Notes: a model not told the origin generated them from the sequence alone. 59,126 nucleotides of DNA, filler included, from Dugesia japonica (GCA_001938525.1; 5 parts of 5 records of this genome joined end to end with filler, not necessarily neighbours in it), one strand, 5' to 3'. Numbered from the whole stretch's first letter, positions 11,765 to 25,200 are shown. A program made the numbers and translations.

Positions 11765-12148
11765 GTGCCGCGAATACAGTTTCCAAACAGTTTGCGCCGT
11801 TGCCATCGCATTATGCGTCGCCTCCTTCTAGAACGTCACTTGAAACGTAAGGTTGACCAGGCTATACTGAAACAATTGGCACAGCGGGATCTGTTAATAA
11901 AAAAATTGGATAACATTATCAAAAAACAAAGTGATTTGGCCGCCCAGAACAAGGCGTTAGAAACTGAAACGAAGCAGTTACTGAAACGGAAGATCGACTT
12001 CCTGAAGCAGTATATAGCCGATCTATCGTGTCAGCTGGGTAATCCAAACACAACCCAGTGGAACAACGACGACGATATTGCAACTTTTAACTTTATCGTC
12101 ACCTCCCCTGATCAATGGTTAGATCCAGGCGCACTAGATCTGATTTAA
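11765..12148 (+). CDS. LTR cassette e, coiled-coil protein (QAILKQL motif)
   Basis: Acceptor-like AACTTNAG at 11758-11765; 127 open codons with a heptad pattern; AATAAA at about 12162. Confidence 0.55.
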   Translation: MPRIQFPNSLRRCHRIMRRLLLERHLKRKVDQAILKQLAQRDLLIKKLDNIIKKQSDLAAQNKALETETKQLLKRKIDFLKQYIADLSCQLGNPNTTQWNNDDDIATFNFIVTSPDQWLDPGALDLI

Positions 12149-12394
12149 ATATGTTATTGATAATAAATGTTTAATTGTAAGAAATTGTTTTAACTCTCTT
12201 AAATAATAATAGGAAAAACATAGAACCCGAACAAAAGGTTTATTGGCGTGCACCTTCCATCAAGGGTAAGGTCAACCACAATAAACTGAAAACCTACCAC
12301 AGGGACGGTAGGATTAAATTCTTGAAAGGGTTCCCCCGAGGACTGCTTTTCCCCAGTCACTTTCCTCAACTCAGGTAGAACCCCAACAATATAA

Positions 12395-13650
12395 CAAAAC
12401 GTACTTCATAACATGTTTCGATTATACACTATGTTATTTACACTAATAGTGTTCTGTTGGCATTGATTTGAATTTCATTTTTGAATACTCCATAAATCTC
12501 ACATATGTTGATGCAGTCAAAGCCTTTGCAAACTTTATATGTAATCTCAAATTTACTTGATGGAGTAATTGACTCTGATTTATATCGAAATCTGGAGCAA
12601 GCACAAATGTAATATATGGGTATTTGGTTTTGAATTCCTCAAGAGTTATTCCAAAATTCATTTCTCATCTAAATATTCCATATCTCGTACAATAGATTGC
12701 ATATAAAGTTGTGCTATGATTATCTTTTTCAAAATCTTGAGTATATGTCTTTCGATAATCACTTTTTTTCGCTAAGAACAAAGAAGTAACATTTAAATAT
12801 TGAAATGTTGAACTAGAGTTTTTATAATCACCATTATATTGACTATTATATTGAAATGTTATCAACATAAAGTTAGGCAAACTACGATTTTCAAAGATTT
12901 CTTCCTTATAAAACGATGCACTATTTTTAATAATTGCAAATCCAACAAGCTCCTTCATTTGTAATGGATAAATAACATTTTGTTAACTTAATCCTATTTG
13001 ATGACCAGCTAATACTCAAGGTTCAACACACACATGTCTAGAAATTAATTTTGCATCCAGTAACTAATATTTGAGTTCATATATTGCTAATTCCAGTCAC
13101 TTTCTAGGGTTTGCTCTCTTCACTCTAATGTGTACATTAACACCAGGAATAAAATATTTTGGTTGATCCATACAATCCAATTACAAGGAACCAAATAGAG
13201 CCAATGGTTTCCATAATCTAATCGACCCTTTCCTATCTGGTTCTGTTCCATATCCAATTGCTTTTAGACAAATATTCTTACTGTCGCCATTATATTTTAA
13301 TATAGTTTTAATCAATGCTTTCTGAATATAAGTTCCATTTCCACATTTTATTTCAAAATTGTTAAATTACAGAATAACAGAATGAAACGTATAGTTGCTA
13401 GGTATTACATCAAAAGCTTCAACTAAATCCTTTCCAACTTTATCAACTACTTTCACTTGTATATAAAACAAAGTATCATTCAAATTTAGATATTCAGTTT
13501 ACAAGCCGTTTATAAAATACTCTACATAATTTCGTGGTTCAGATATTGAATTCATTGGAAATACCGCTTCAAATGCCCCATATTCAATAACAGGTTGAGG
13601 AGATGGTCGATCAAAAATACGCAATTCTGTTTTACAACAAATCATATACA
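12395..13650 (-). pseudogene. Polinton/adintovirus major capsid protein (double jelly-roll), frameshifted
   Basis: CKTELRIFDRPSPQPVIEYG..VEYFING..YLNLNDTLFYIQVKVV..NYTFHS; RSLPNFMLITF..FQYLNVTSL; ITLEEFKTKY..FVLAPD..LRLHIKFAKAL. These motifs are typical of Polinton MCP. Confidence 0.85.
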
Positions 13651-13734
13651 GATAATGGTCTACGTCCTCTCATTTGTTTGTTTATACGCAATGAGCTTGA
13701 TTTCTTATGTTTTTTTATTAGAACTGCTTTGTCA

Positions 13735-13826
13735 TTTTTATGTTCATCTATCCATACTGATTTCAACAAAAGAACACTTACATCTCCTGCAATTATTGGT
13801 TCAACAATACTACTATAAATAAACAT
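13735..13826 (-). pseudogene. Polinton minor capsid (penton) fragment
   Basis: MFIYSSIVEPIIAGDVSVLLLKSV matches the YvYsdIVEp..vGD...pLLr.v penton motif and lies next to the MCP. Confidence 0.6.
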
Positions 13827-14318
13827 TTGATTGTAACACTTTAATAGTTTAGGTTTTCTTATACCCGTGATTGGTAAAGGTCATCAATAGGTTTTTGAAC
13901 ATAATAATAATTTTCTAATTCAAGTGCTTTCATCGAATGAAACACTTTTAGTCCTATTTACCAATGAAAATCAAAATAGTTCACCTTTCTTTAGTATTAA
14001 AGTTTGAAATAGTCTTAAATGTTTTCAGAAAAATATTCATTTAGTTGCATTAAATAATTTATGTACAATTCATCTTTAAATTGTAAAAAATGTTTAGCCG
14101 TTTTAAAATACATATATTAAAGCGATATGCTTTCAATTGAATCATCTTTCTTAAATGAATTAAAGTTAAGATAAAATTTTCTGTCAAACATACAGTTATA
14201 ATTAGCTAGATTAACTAATTTAAATCTTTGAGCATTTTTAATAGTATCAAACGAAAAACTACTTCATAAACTAACATCAATAACATTATTAAATGTTATA
14301 GTATTATCCTTTACATAA

Positions 14319-15873
14319 CAGTGTGGTTAAAAAAATTAGCAACCCCTCGATTTCCTTATATTTTATATATGCCTACAAGAAAAACCTAAAACAGAATGTT
14401 TAACGTAATAAATGATTTATTAAAACAACAAAGTTAAAAAAACATCAAGTCTTTATTTCATATATGTCATCCAATCATAAATATATGTTTATAGAGTGGT
14501 CGAAAAAATTAGCAACCTTTATATTTATTAATATGATTACTATAATTTGCATAGATATGACGAAATTGCCTTTTTTAGTATTAAATTATATTTCCCTTAT
14601 TTAAAATAAGATCAAATATTATATTTCTCATTGATTGCACAAGGGTTTGAAGAATTCTTTCTGGCAGTTCATTCCAAGCCTTCGTATTAACATTTTTCAA
14701 ATCTGATATATTATCATACTGCCTACCAATATCATAAATACTTCTCACCATTATACCCAAAGGGTTTAGATCGGATTCAGGTCTGAATACATGCTGGCCA
14801 ATTTATAACTCTGATATTATTTATTTGAAACCACTCCAAGGTAGATTTTGCCTTATCTATAGGAGCATTATCTTGTTGAAATAGCCAGGATTTGCATGTA
14901 AGTCTTTCACAATATGGTTATAAATTATTTGTTAACATTTTTTGATATTGCATTACATTAATTCTCTCAATTATGACCGCCAGTGGCGCTGAACGATTAA
15001 AATAAAATCCACCCCAAACCATCACATATCCGCCACATCGAACACTGCCAGAAGTATTGCGATTCATCTGGATCATCTAAATTAAATTTCTTCTCATTGG
15101 AAATTATAACATTTTGCCATTATACATCCCAAGTTTTGTGAGTTCTAGCGAAATGAAGACGAGATTCTATTTTTGTAATTTTGGAGCAGCCATTCCTTTT
15201 GTATACTTCAAGTTGCCACTGTCATTTGTGCAATTGATTTTCGTATTCTTACAAACTCCAATATTGAAATGTGTTTTTATCTTTCTTCCAGACAAATTAT
15301 TTGTTCAAGCAAGTTAAATAATGCGCCTTTTATCACTCAATGATAATTTGCATTTTCTTCCAGAATTCTTTTTTACTTTCAGACTTCGTTGATTATTAAT
15401 ATATTTCGAAATACTTGATTTGTTTCTATCAATGTTTTGCAATGGCATTCAAGAATAAGCATTAAAACTTCAATTTTCTCCTTTTTAAATTCAGACAAGT
15501 CGCATTTTCTTCCAATTACATGAAATGTCTAAATATAACTTTATTTGTGAATTTTAAAACAATTAATTAAACATACTTAATTTATTTAAATTTTAGACTT
15601 TATTTAAACTTTTTTGTAAGAAGTTAAATGATTTAATAAAACAAAAATAAAATGTTCATGAAAGGTTGCTAATTTTTTTGGACGGTTAACAACTCAAATA
15701 TATTACAATGGATCACATTTTATATTCAATTATTTAAATTTTAAGAGCAAACGTAACTTGTAATATTTATTGTAGCTGTGTATTATAGTTTTGATATTTA
15801 TTTCACTTTAATATATCCTGATATTGAATTTTTTCAAAATTTTATTGGGTTGCTAATTTTTTTGACTACACTG
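14319..15873 (-). mobile_element. Tc1-family transposon, IR/DR type, full length with a disrupted transposase
   Basis: TIRs CAGTGTGGTTAAAAAAATTAGCAACCC / GGGTTGCTAATTTTTTTGACTACACTG-TA, with inner repeats at about 14493-14518 and 15663-15687. Motifs GGYVMVWGGF, YFQQDNAP, SDLNPI. Confidence 0.92.
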
Positions 15874-16049
15874 TATGTTCATATTTTTTATCATGCTCTT
15901 TCTATGTAATAATTAAACGAGATATTTTTATCAGTAAGAAAAAACAAGTCCTTAATAACTGGATGAAATATTTCATAATAAATTTTAGATTTACTATAAA
16001 TCGAATAGGAGAATATATAAAGGTGAAAGCCATCGTAGCTACTTCCCAA

Positions 16050-17110
16050 TTATCTTCCAAGCACATTGGATTTTAAAGCTCAACAATGTAATTACTATAC
16101 AGTCAATTATTAGAAATGAATGCATATTCAATTTTTTAAAGACAGTGGAGGAAATCGCTAATAATATAGTGTACCCGTATCATCAATCAAACGGAAAAAA
16201 GAAACTTATAATGACACAACAAGAAGTATCAATCGCTACCTCTACAAATTGTCATTGGTNTCGAAAATCATTAGTAAAACCAGTTTGTGACCATGATCAT
16301 TTCACTGGAAAATACATTGGTGCAGATTGTAATAAATGTAACTTAAGTAGAAGAATAAATGAGCAGTTGCTTGTAGTATTCCATAATCCAAGAGGATATG
16401 ATTTACATCATATTTTGAAATATGAATTGAACAAATTTTAAAATTGGAGCATCTCATGCATACCAACAACATCAGAAAAATTTAAGCCTTAAAGAAGAAA
16501 CAACCACAATGCCATCAAGGTGGGAAAAAGTAAATGAGCCAGACTATCGAATAACCGGCTGTAATAATCCTTTTGGTATATGATGATATAACTGAAGCTG
16601 CATGTTTATCTATTGGCGGAATTATTTTAATAGTTTTGGTCAAAGTCATTGGCACACAATAAATTGGAATCAGGCATCAGCATTGATGTCATTAAATGAC
16701 CCAATTGAACTGTTGACTGATAATGACATATATTACTTTTTTGAAGAAGGTATAAGAGGAGGGCTGAAATTCGTCAACAAACGCTATGTCAATTGTAATG
16801 AAAATACCGATTTACTATACATCAACAATCTATATGGTTGGGGTTTGAGCAAAAAGTTGCAATATAAAGATTTCGAGTGGGTCCATTCAGGGTTAAAAAA
16901 TATTTTTAACCCTGAATGTAGAACATCAGACCTTGACTCGTTATCATATGATTACTCATTAGTAATGATTATACCAATAGAGATACAAGATGGACTGAAT
17001 GATTTCTCACTAGCAGCAGAACATCAATCTGCTAAAGGAAGTAATGTTACAAAATTGATGTTAACACATTATCCAAAGAACAATTACATCATACATTAGA
17101 GGTTGCTACA
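16050..17110 (+). pseudogene. Protein-primed family B DNA polymerase (Polinton type), internally deleted
   Basis: VCDHDHFTGKYIGADCNKCNL..VVFHNPRGYDLH; IELLTD..FFEEGIRGG..INNLYGWGLSKKL. Confidence 0.88.
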
Positions 17111-17709
17111 AATGATGATCTTTTAAAATATGATCTCATATGTGTAAATGTATTTTCATCACAGAAAATAGTAAAACTCGGTATAAAAATTTATAATATC
17201 AAGGATATGTGGATAATATAAATTTCACATTTGCATAATTTAATCGATTAATTTTGCAGCATGTCTGTAATTTGAATAAGTATAACAAAGTATTTCCTTG
17301 TTTTGTAATTAGCATTTTTTCAAAGGTTGAATTTAATTGGTTCAATTGTGTTAAATATAAATTTGTATATAATACATTAAATTTCTTATTTTAATAGGTT
17401 TAATATTTTAAATGATGATTGAAATAAAAAAATGAAGATTAAAATGAAGAAAGAAGATATACAAACAGATCTAAATTATTATAATAAACAGCTATATCTA
17501 CATTTTGCTTGCGAATGCAACAAGTTTAGATATATGATCCTTAAGAATTTATTCATTAAATTTTATAATTAAAATTGTCTTTTTATTTTATTATTTGTTT
17601 AACATTAAGGTTTTTCTTAATATTAAGATTTTATTTAGTTAATATTTTAGTTAATTTTTATTTGCTATATAATTTTTGAAAAAAAAGAAAACTAATAAAT
17701 TAACAAATA

Positions 17710-18158
17710 ATATTTGTCGAAATAAGTAAACTGTAAACAAACTCCCTAACTTTTCAAATAGGAGAGGCAAATTTTCTGTTAGTTAAAGTACCAATTTTGT
17801 CACCATGTTTCTTGAACCCTGGTATTTCCACTTAGATCAGATCATATATTTATCTGATTTGTCGAATATGATTTCATTACAATCATTGTAATTGATGAAA
17901 ACGTATTTCTTATGAAAATTTATGAATACATTCTTTTCATTTGAACTGATAACGAATATCAGCATATGATATGTAGAACTTTGTATCTTAAAAGGTTCCT
18001 AAATGAAAATAAGAAATACAAAATACTATTACTTGAAAATAATATATTATGTGACTCTTGAGAAATTTCATCTGCATTCCCTGAAATTCCGTAAGCTTTC
18101 CATTTTCCAAAGTGATTGACAAAAAATTTTCTTTGATAAAAGTTATTATTTGTTGCAT
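17710..18158 (-). pseudogene. Spliced Polinton accessory gene, copy 1
   Basis: Exon 1 18158-18033 (42 codons, ends FQ); 34-nt GT-AG intron 18032-17999; exon 2 EPFKIQSSTY..; homolog at 36180-36656. Confidence 0.65.
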
Positions 18159-18755
18159 TTTAAAAAAATTGAAAATTTTTAAAAGCTTTTGCTTATTTAC
18201 TCGATGTTGATAAGCAATTAATGTATAGTTTGTATGCAACTATTTTATTGGTTGAAATTGGTATGAATTTGTGTTACTTTTGTTCTACATCCTAGTTTGG
18301 TTGGTTATTCTTAAGTTAAATTTTCTAATTGCAAAAGGAGTGCAATACAAGTTCAATACAATTGCAAAGCATTTCCACGTTTTTGATTTGTTGAATTTAA
18401 CTGGGTAGATTGTGTTACATAAAATCGGTTGTGTAATTTGCATTTTATAATTTCTGAGCAATCAACCGTTTCAATAAGTTTAAAATTTTTTATTACAGAT
18501 AAATAATAATATTTGTTTGTGTGTTTAATAAAGTGAGATAAAATTTTTGTGAGATTGTGAAAGATTTAAAGTATTGATGAAAAATTTAAATAAATAAATA
18601 AAAATATTTTGAAATAAAGTAAATTAAATTAATTTTAAATAAATTAAGTTTCAGTGTTAAAAATTCAAAAATGATGGTTGGATAATAAAGTAAAATTTTT
18701 AACGTGAAAGAAAATTTGTCTTAAATTTTAAATAAAATGTTTGAAATAAATAAAA

Positions 18756-20014
18756 TTATGTTGTTCAGAAAGTTTTGCACATCATAAGTGAGCCGAAACA
18801 AAAGGTTTATTAATTAAAATAGAAACCATTAGCGTTTACACACTTTTGCCAACAAATTGGTAGATTTTCCATTCCTNNNNNNNNNNNNNNNNNNNNNNNN
18901 NNNNNNNNNNNNNNNNNNNNNNNNNNNNNNNNNNNNNNNNNNNNNNNNNNNNNNNNNNNNNNNNNNNNNNNNNNNNNNNNNNNNNNNNNNNNNNNNNNNN
19001 NNNNNNNNNNNNNNNNNNNNNNGTGGGTGTCTCAGAATTTCATAATTTAGGCTCTTCAGTTTATCCATGGTTTGCTTTGCTAGGTGTGGATGGGCGTTGT
19101 TATGTAAAAGAATTGGGTCTTTTTTATTGATCAATGCTGGGTAAATTTTTTTCAACTTTTCTTGCATAATATCAATCTTTAGGCAGTATTTATCTGCTGT
19201 TATCATTTCTCCCTTTATCAGGAAATCGTAATGAATCACTCCTTTTGAACAGCATCATACCGTAACCATTACCTTTTTACGTGTTGACTCGGTTTTGGGA
19301 AGGACTTTGGAGATTCATGGATGTCTAACCACTGTGCTGAACGTTTATTATTGTTGTATAGCAAACATTTTTCATCACAAATAATCAGTCGATGAAGAAA
19401 TGGCTCGTTTTTCCTCCTGAAAATGAGTTCTGAGCAAATGTCAGCGCTGCATTTTGTCTTTATCGTTATCTCATGTAACACCAACGTATCGAGCTTCTTT
19501 ATCTTACCTATTTGCTTCATATGACTGGAAACGGTTCCAATACTGACATCTAGATTTTTGACAAGTTTTCTAATTGTTGTTCGCGTATCCTTTTCCACTA
19601 GAGCCTTTAACTAATTGTCATCAAGTATGGAAGAACGGCCAATTCGTTCCGCATATTCAAGGGTTAAATCTTCATTGCGGAACTTTTGATACTAACGTCT
19701 TACTGTTGACTGATTTACAGTACCATGATCTCAAACTTCATTAACTTTTCGAGCAGTTTCAGCTGCTTTTGTACCGAGACGGAACTCATAAAAATAAATT
19801 TGACGTATATCACGANACGACATCCTACATTAAAAAGGAAAATATATAGTCAAATTTTAATTTAAAAGCAAAACCAATTAATACTTTGAAAAGAGCAATA
19901 AATAAGCTTTTAAATGATATATAATATTCAATAATATTTAAATAAGTTATTTGAAATATTAATTATTTTAATATATATTAACAAAAAACATGCAAAACTT
20001 TCTGAACAACCTAA
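18756..20014 (-). mobile_element. mariner transposon (DD34D, cecropia/Hsmar1-like), full length, inactive
   Basis: TIR TTA(G/T)GTTGTTCAGAAAGTTTTGCA at both ends, TA at 20015-20016. Motifs ICDEKCLLYNN, LLHNNAHPH. Confidence 0.93.
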
Positions 20015-20553
20015 TAATTTTAAATAAATTAGTTTTCGATTTTGTAAAATGATCACCAACGAAAACACAGGATTTTAATTGGTTTGAATAAACAAATAGT
20101 GTTAAGCATAGTTTTTATTTTAATAAATTTATGGAGTTGAATTTTGATGTTCTCAAAACTCATCTAACAGTAAGTAATAATTTTAATTTTTTCTTTCTTT
20201 GCCGGAATTCTTAAATCTCTGGCTGTTTCAGACAAACTCTATTAAACAATCAAAGGATTAATAAACGAATTTTTAAAATTCAACTAATTGTCACCCGGAT
20301 AACGCGACGAAAATTTTGCGATTAGAACTCATACAGCGCGAAAGTCCCATATTACAAGTAAGATAAATTTATGCGAAACATATACCTCGCGTTGTACTGC
20401 AGTCTACTTAATAATAATAGATTAATAATACAAACAAATAATGGAACAATCATNNNNNNNNNNNNNNNNNNNNNNNNNNNNNNNNNNNNNNNNNNNNTTA
20501 ATTAATTAANNNNNNNNNNNNNNNNNNNNNNNNNNNNNNNNNNNNNNNNNNNN

Positions 20554-22273
20554 TACAGAGTGCGCTGGTATTAGGTTATCCAATTTAGTAGCCAATTCTC
20601 TTCGTTGAATATCTGTTAACTCTGGTTAGAGAACAAATGATTCCTTCAACTTTTCGCTCCGTATGCTATTAGTTATAAACAATGTAGCTGTTTCATATAA
20701 TGACTTTTTACTTGAAAATATTTCATTGACAAGCTTTCTAACTCTAATTTTAAAATTTCTATATTTGTCATTTGGTTTCTGCATTACTTTTGACAAGATT
20801 GAAACTTTATCGACCAATTTTTCTTGAATAATTAATGATTCTTCACAAATGTCATTAGATAATTTCTGAACTTCTTTTGTTTTTTCCAACCACAATTCCT
20901 TAGCATCGTATCGCATTAGAATATCAAAGGCAAACGATAATTCCATCTGATTGAAAGGTACAAATTCCTTTGTTGTTTGAAGCTACTTTTTAGCTGTATC
21001 TGATGATCCATCAAAGAATCTCGGCTTTGCAATTTGTAACCCCTGAGTTGAAGACGGTAATTTTGAAATAAAATTTGTCTTTCATCTTTTTTTGCCATTG
21101 TGTTCACTGTTACGTGATCGCCAGTTAGAACACAAGATTCTTCCATAATTTTTATTTATTAAAATACGAATAATAATTACAAAACTGATAATATTTACAC
21201 AATGTTTATATATCAATTTATAACTGATATATAACTATATTTATGCTTCATATACGCGGCTACCTTTTTTGCTCCAGCATGACACAAAAGATGGTGTATC
21301 TTCATTATACCTTCTTCTACTTTATCATCAAGTATTCATGTTCCTTCATCATTTTCATCAAAATTGCTTTGTTTCATTTGAATATCTANNNNNNNNNNNN
21401 NNNNNNNNNNNNNNNNNNNNNNNNNNNNNNNNNNNNNNTACAGAGTGCGCTGGTATTAGGTTATCCAATTTAGTAGCCAATTCTCTTCGTTGAATATCTG
21501 TTAACTCTGGTTAGAGAACAAATGATTCCTTCAACTTTTCGCTCCGTATGCTATTAGTTATAAACAATGTAGCTGTTTCATATAATGACTTTTTACTTGA
21601 AAATATTTCATTGACAAGCTTTCTAACTCTAATTTTAAAATTTCTATATTTGTCATTTGGTTTCTGCATTACTTTTGACAAGATTGAAACTTTATCGACC
21701 AATTTTTCTTGAATAATTAATGATTCTTCACAAATGTCATTAGATAATTTCTGAACTTCTTTTGTTTTTTCCAACCACAATTCCTTAGCATCGTATCGCA
21801 TTAGAATATCAAAGGCAAACGATAATTCCATCTGATTGAAAGGTACAAATTCCTTTGTTGTTTGAAGCTACTTTTTAGCTGTATCTGATGATCCATCAAA
21901 GAATCTCGGCTTTGCAATTTGTAACCCCTGAGTCTAAGACGGTAATTTCGAAATAAAATTTGTCTTGCATCTTTTTTTGCCATTGTGTTCACTGCTACGT
22001 GATCGCCAGTTAGAACACAAGATTCTTCCATAATTTTTATTTATTAAAATACGATTAATAATTACAAAACTGATAATATTTACACAATGTTTATGTATCA
22101 ATTTATAACTGATATATAACTATATTTATGCTTCATATACGCGGTTATCTTTTTTGCTCCAGCATGACACAAAAGATGGTGTATCTTCATTATACCTTAT
22201 TCTACTTTATCATCAAGTATTCATGTTCCTTCATCATTTTCATCAAAATTGCTTTGTTTCATTTGAATATCTA
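20554..22273. repeat. Near-identical 835-bp direct duplication (20554-21388 and 21439-22273)
   Basis: Offset 885, separated by a 50-N gap, about 1% substitutions. Probably haplotype or assembly redundancy. Confidence 0.85.
21440..22031 (-). pseudogene. Frameshifted ORF, possibly gag-like from a second retroelement (duplicated at 20554-21146)
   Basis: Overlapping frames 22031-21801 and 21831-21511, helical composition, adjacent to Gypsy pol. No diagnostic motif. Confidence 0.35.
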
Positions 22274-25200
22274 CTGTATTTAACATCCTTGTTTTTAATT
22301 TTCCACTTTTTGGATCTTCATGTGACATTAGACATTGTGCACATGTATCGCATTTACTCCTTGACAACATATCCGCCTTTGTATGAAGCGATCCTTTTCT
22401 ATATTCTAATTTTATATCTAAACTGATCAAATAATTATACCAATGTTTGAAACTTTGACGTGATTGGTTTCTTGGTATTTACCATAAAAGTGATAGATTT
22501 ATGATCTATTCTGAAAATAAATCTCTTACCATATGTTTGAAATGAATACAAAAGTAGTAAATTGCGAGTATTTCTTTCAGCGTAGTACAATATCTTTTTT
22601 CATGATTCGTCATTGCGTGTGACCCATATCCAATTACTCTTTCTTTCTTATTGTTGTCCCTTTGAGATAGCATTTCCACAATCGTATTACTGATTAAAGC
22701 AAAAGAAAGACTGTGCAAACTTTAAAATAGGAACTACACTATCTATACATTGTAAGCTGATTAAGTGAATGACTACTCTAGAACGCTGTACTGTAAGTTG
22801 TCTTAAATTGCTGTAAGTATGTATTACCTGCATTATTAGTCATATAACTTTGCAAGTGCTTGTGCATATATACATATTTATACATATATAAATAGTATGT
22901 AAAATATACTATTTACAGCTGAGTACATAAACTATGACAACGCAGCTAAGCTGATAGGTAGTTGGATTTGCTGAATGGTGTTTTATTTATGTGAGTGAGT
23001 GTGTGTATGCAAGTACATATGCTAGTTACTAGTTATAGGTGGATATAGGCTGCAGATAAATTGTCAAAACGCTAATGCTCACATATACATAGAGCGCCTA
23101 CACACTGCCCACTTTATTTCTAGCACCCACTTAATATTTTCAAACGCCAACTAGTGGGCGATATCACNNNNNNNNNNNNNNNNNNNNNNNNNNNNNNNNN
23201 NNNNNNNNNNNNNNNNNNNNNNNNNNNNNNNNNNNNNNNNTGGAACGTACATGTTGCTGCTTCAATTCCAAAAGGCATTCCATTAAAACAAAATTGAACT
23301 TGTTTGGTTGAAAATAACGTCTTCTCTTGAGAATCTTCACTGAATTCCACTGATAGTATGCATTTCCCAAGTCTATTGAGCTAAAATACTGTGTAACTTC
23401 CAAAGCATCCAGCATTTTTTTCACATTTGGCATAGAAAAAGCTTGTCTTTCTGTTATTGCATTGAGCTGTTTAAAATTTAAGCATAATCGTATATCATTT
23501 TTTTCTTTTTACCAAACGTAGATTAATAACGTATTCAATTGAGAATTACACTTCCGAATGATACCGTTATCATACAAATTCTTGATGGCCTCTTCAATCT
23601 TCTCTTCTAGATTCATTATTTGACGATACGGTTTTTTGTTTATTGGACCTCCTTTAATGATTATTTGATGCTTCGTTAAGTGTGTGCACCAAATGTCACG
23701 TTTATCTGCCATAAATACATGCTCATTATTCTGAATAATCGCAGTCAATCTATGATATTTGTTAACTTCTAGAATATCCATTGCATGTTTCAATCCTTCA
23801 CCCATCTGTATCTGCCTTCCAAATTTTGCCTCGATGTTGCAAACAAATTTTTCTCGATGATAATTGATGTCTGCTCTGCACTTTTTTGAATGTGATACCA
23901 AAAACTATTTTGAAATTCCACTTCACCAATTAGATCTGGTATTATTTTCTTTATTATTATAAATGTTACTTCTTTGCAAATCTCTGAAACTACAACTTCC
24001 ATACGTATCTTTCCATTTGTCTCCAATGAGCTGTTATTCGTACAATGCAATCGTTCCTCGCTTTTCTCTAACATTGTTTCTCCGAGTCTACTAAATCATT
24101 TCATACATATTACATTTATTCTTGCTTCTAACTGAATTCTGTATCTAACAAACAGCCAAACTGTTCACCCTTGATCATTACTCAAATACTAGGTCTTCCT
24201 GGCATTTTATCATACGAAATGTTTACGTTCTGTTTCTCTTCAATTGTTCCTATCACTTCTGCTTTTTTAACATAAGTATCATTGAAACTTTCTCTTTTTA
24301 AGAATCTGTAAACCCTTTCTGAAACTTTGCTCATCTCATTCCATTTCTCAGCTTCCTAAGGATAATCAAACGATATCTTGTTTAATGAATGGATCCGACC
24401 AACTCCACTACTAATGGAGCCCTGGATATTGGGTATTCTCTTCTTGGATCTTCATTTTCCATTATACTCTCAGAAAATATCTCTTCATTCTCATCATCAT
24501 CTTCTTCTCNNNNNNNNNNNNNNNNNNNNNNNNNNNNNNNNNNNNNNNNNNNNNNNNNNNNNNNNGAATTGTATCTTCTCTCTTCTAGCCTTGATTTATT
24601 AATGTTCGAATAACATTCTTCTGCTCTGTGACCAGGTCTTTTACATCTACCACATACAATTTCTGTGCACATCCTTTTGATATGATCAATATTACCACAC
24701 TCAAAGATTTTTAACGGTTTCTTGTCTGGACAATTTATATCTAAATGCCTTTTTTGTTACAAGTCCTACATTCCACATGAGAATTTTTTGGACACTCTTT
24801 TTGTATGCCCATAACTCTGGCATGTCCAAGACTGCGGTTCTGTTCTTTTTGTAACTCTTTCGATATTTGTCTCCTCTCTCCGGAAAGTTCTCCACGTGTT
24901 ACACCAACGTAACCTTTTTTTACCTTAATAGGTTCTCTTCTTTTTATTTTTTCATTTAATGATAAAGTTTTTTTATAACTTCTACTTTCTCCAATTTTCG
25001 AATGATAATCTGTTCTTCTGCTTTACTATTTGCACAAATTATTATTAACATTTTTGATAACAGTTATTCTTTCGTCAACTCTCCATTTGCTAAAGATTTA
25101 TTGACCAAGTCTTCCACATTTTTAAAGAACACACCACGACGATAGCTTACAAGATTCTGTAAACTTTTATTACGTCTCTCTTGCTTTCAAAAGCCAATCG

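Larger units (their letters stand above)
8430..12388 (+). mobile_element. Giant Gypsy-type LTR or LTR-terminated unit (5'-truncated by the contig start) containing small ORF cassettes
   Basis: CCAAT and TATAAAA at about 8455-8534. The 3' end (GGATTAAATTCTTGAAAGGGTT...GAACCCCAACA, ending 12388) is homologous to the solo-LTR ends at 35052 and 43326. It abuts the Polinton capsid gene. Confidence 0.6.

Noticed and set aside
20554-22273. Tandem gene duplication
   Set aside because: Both copies start at the same base right after N gaps and are about 99% identical. Most likely haplotypes scaffolded in tandem.
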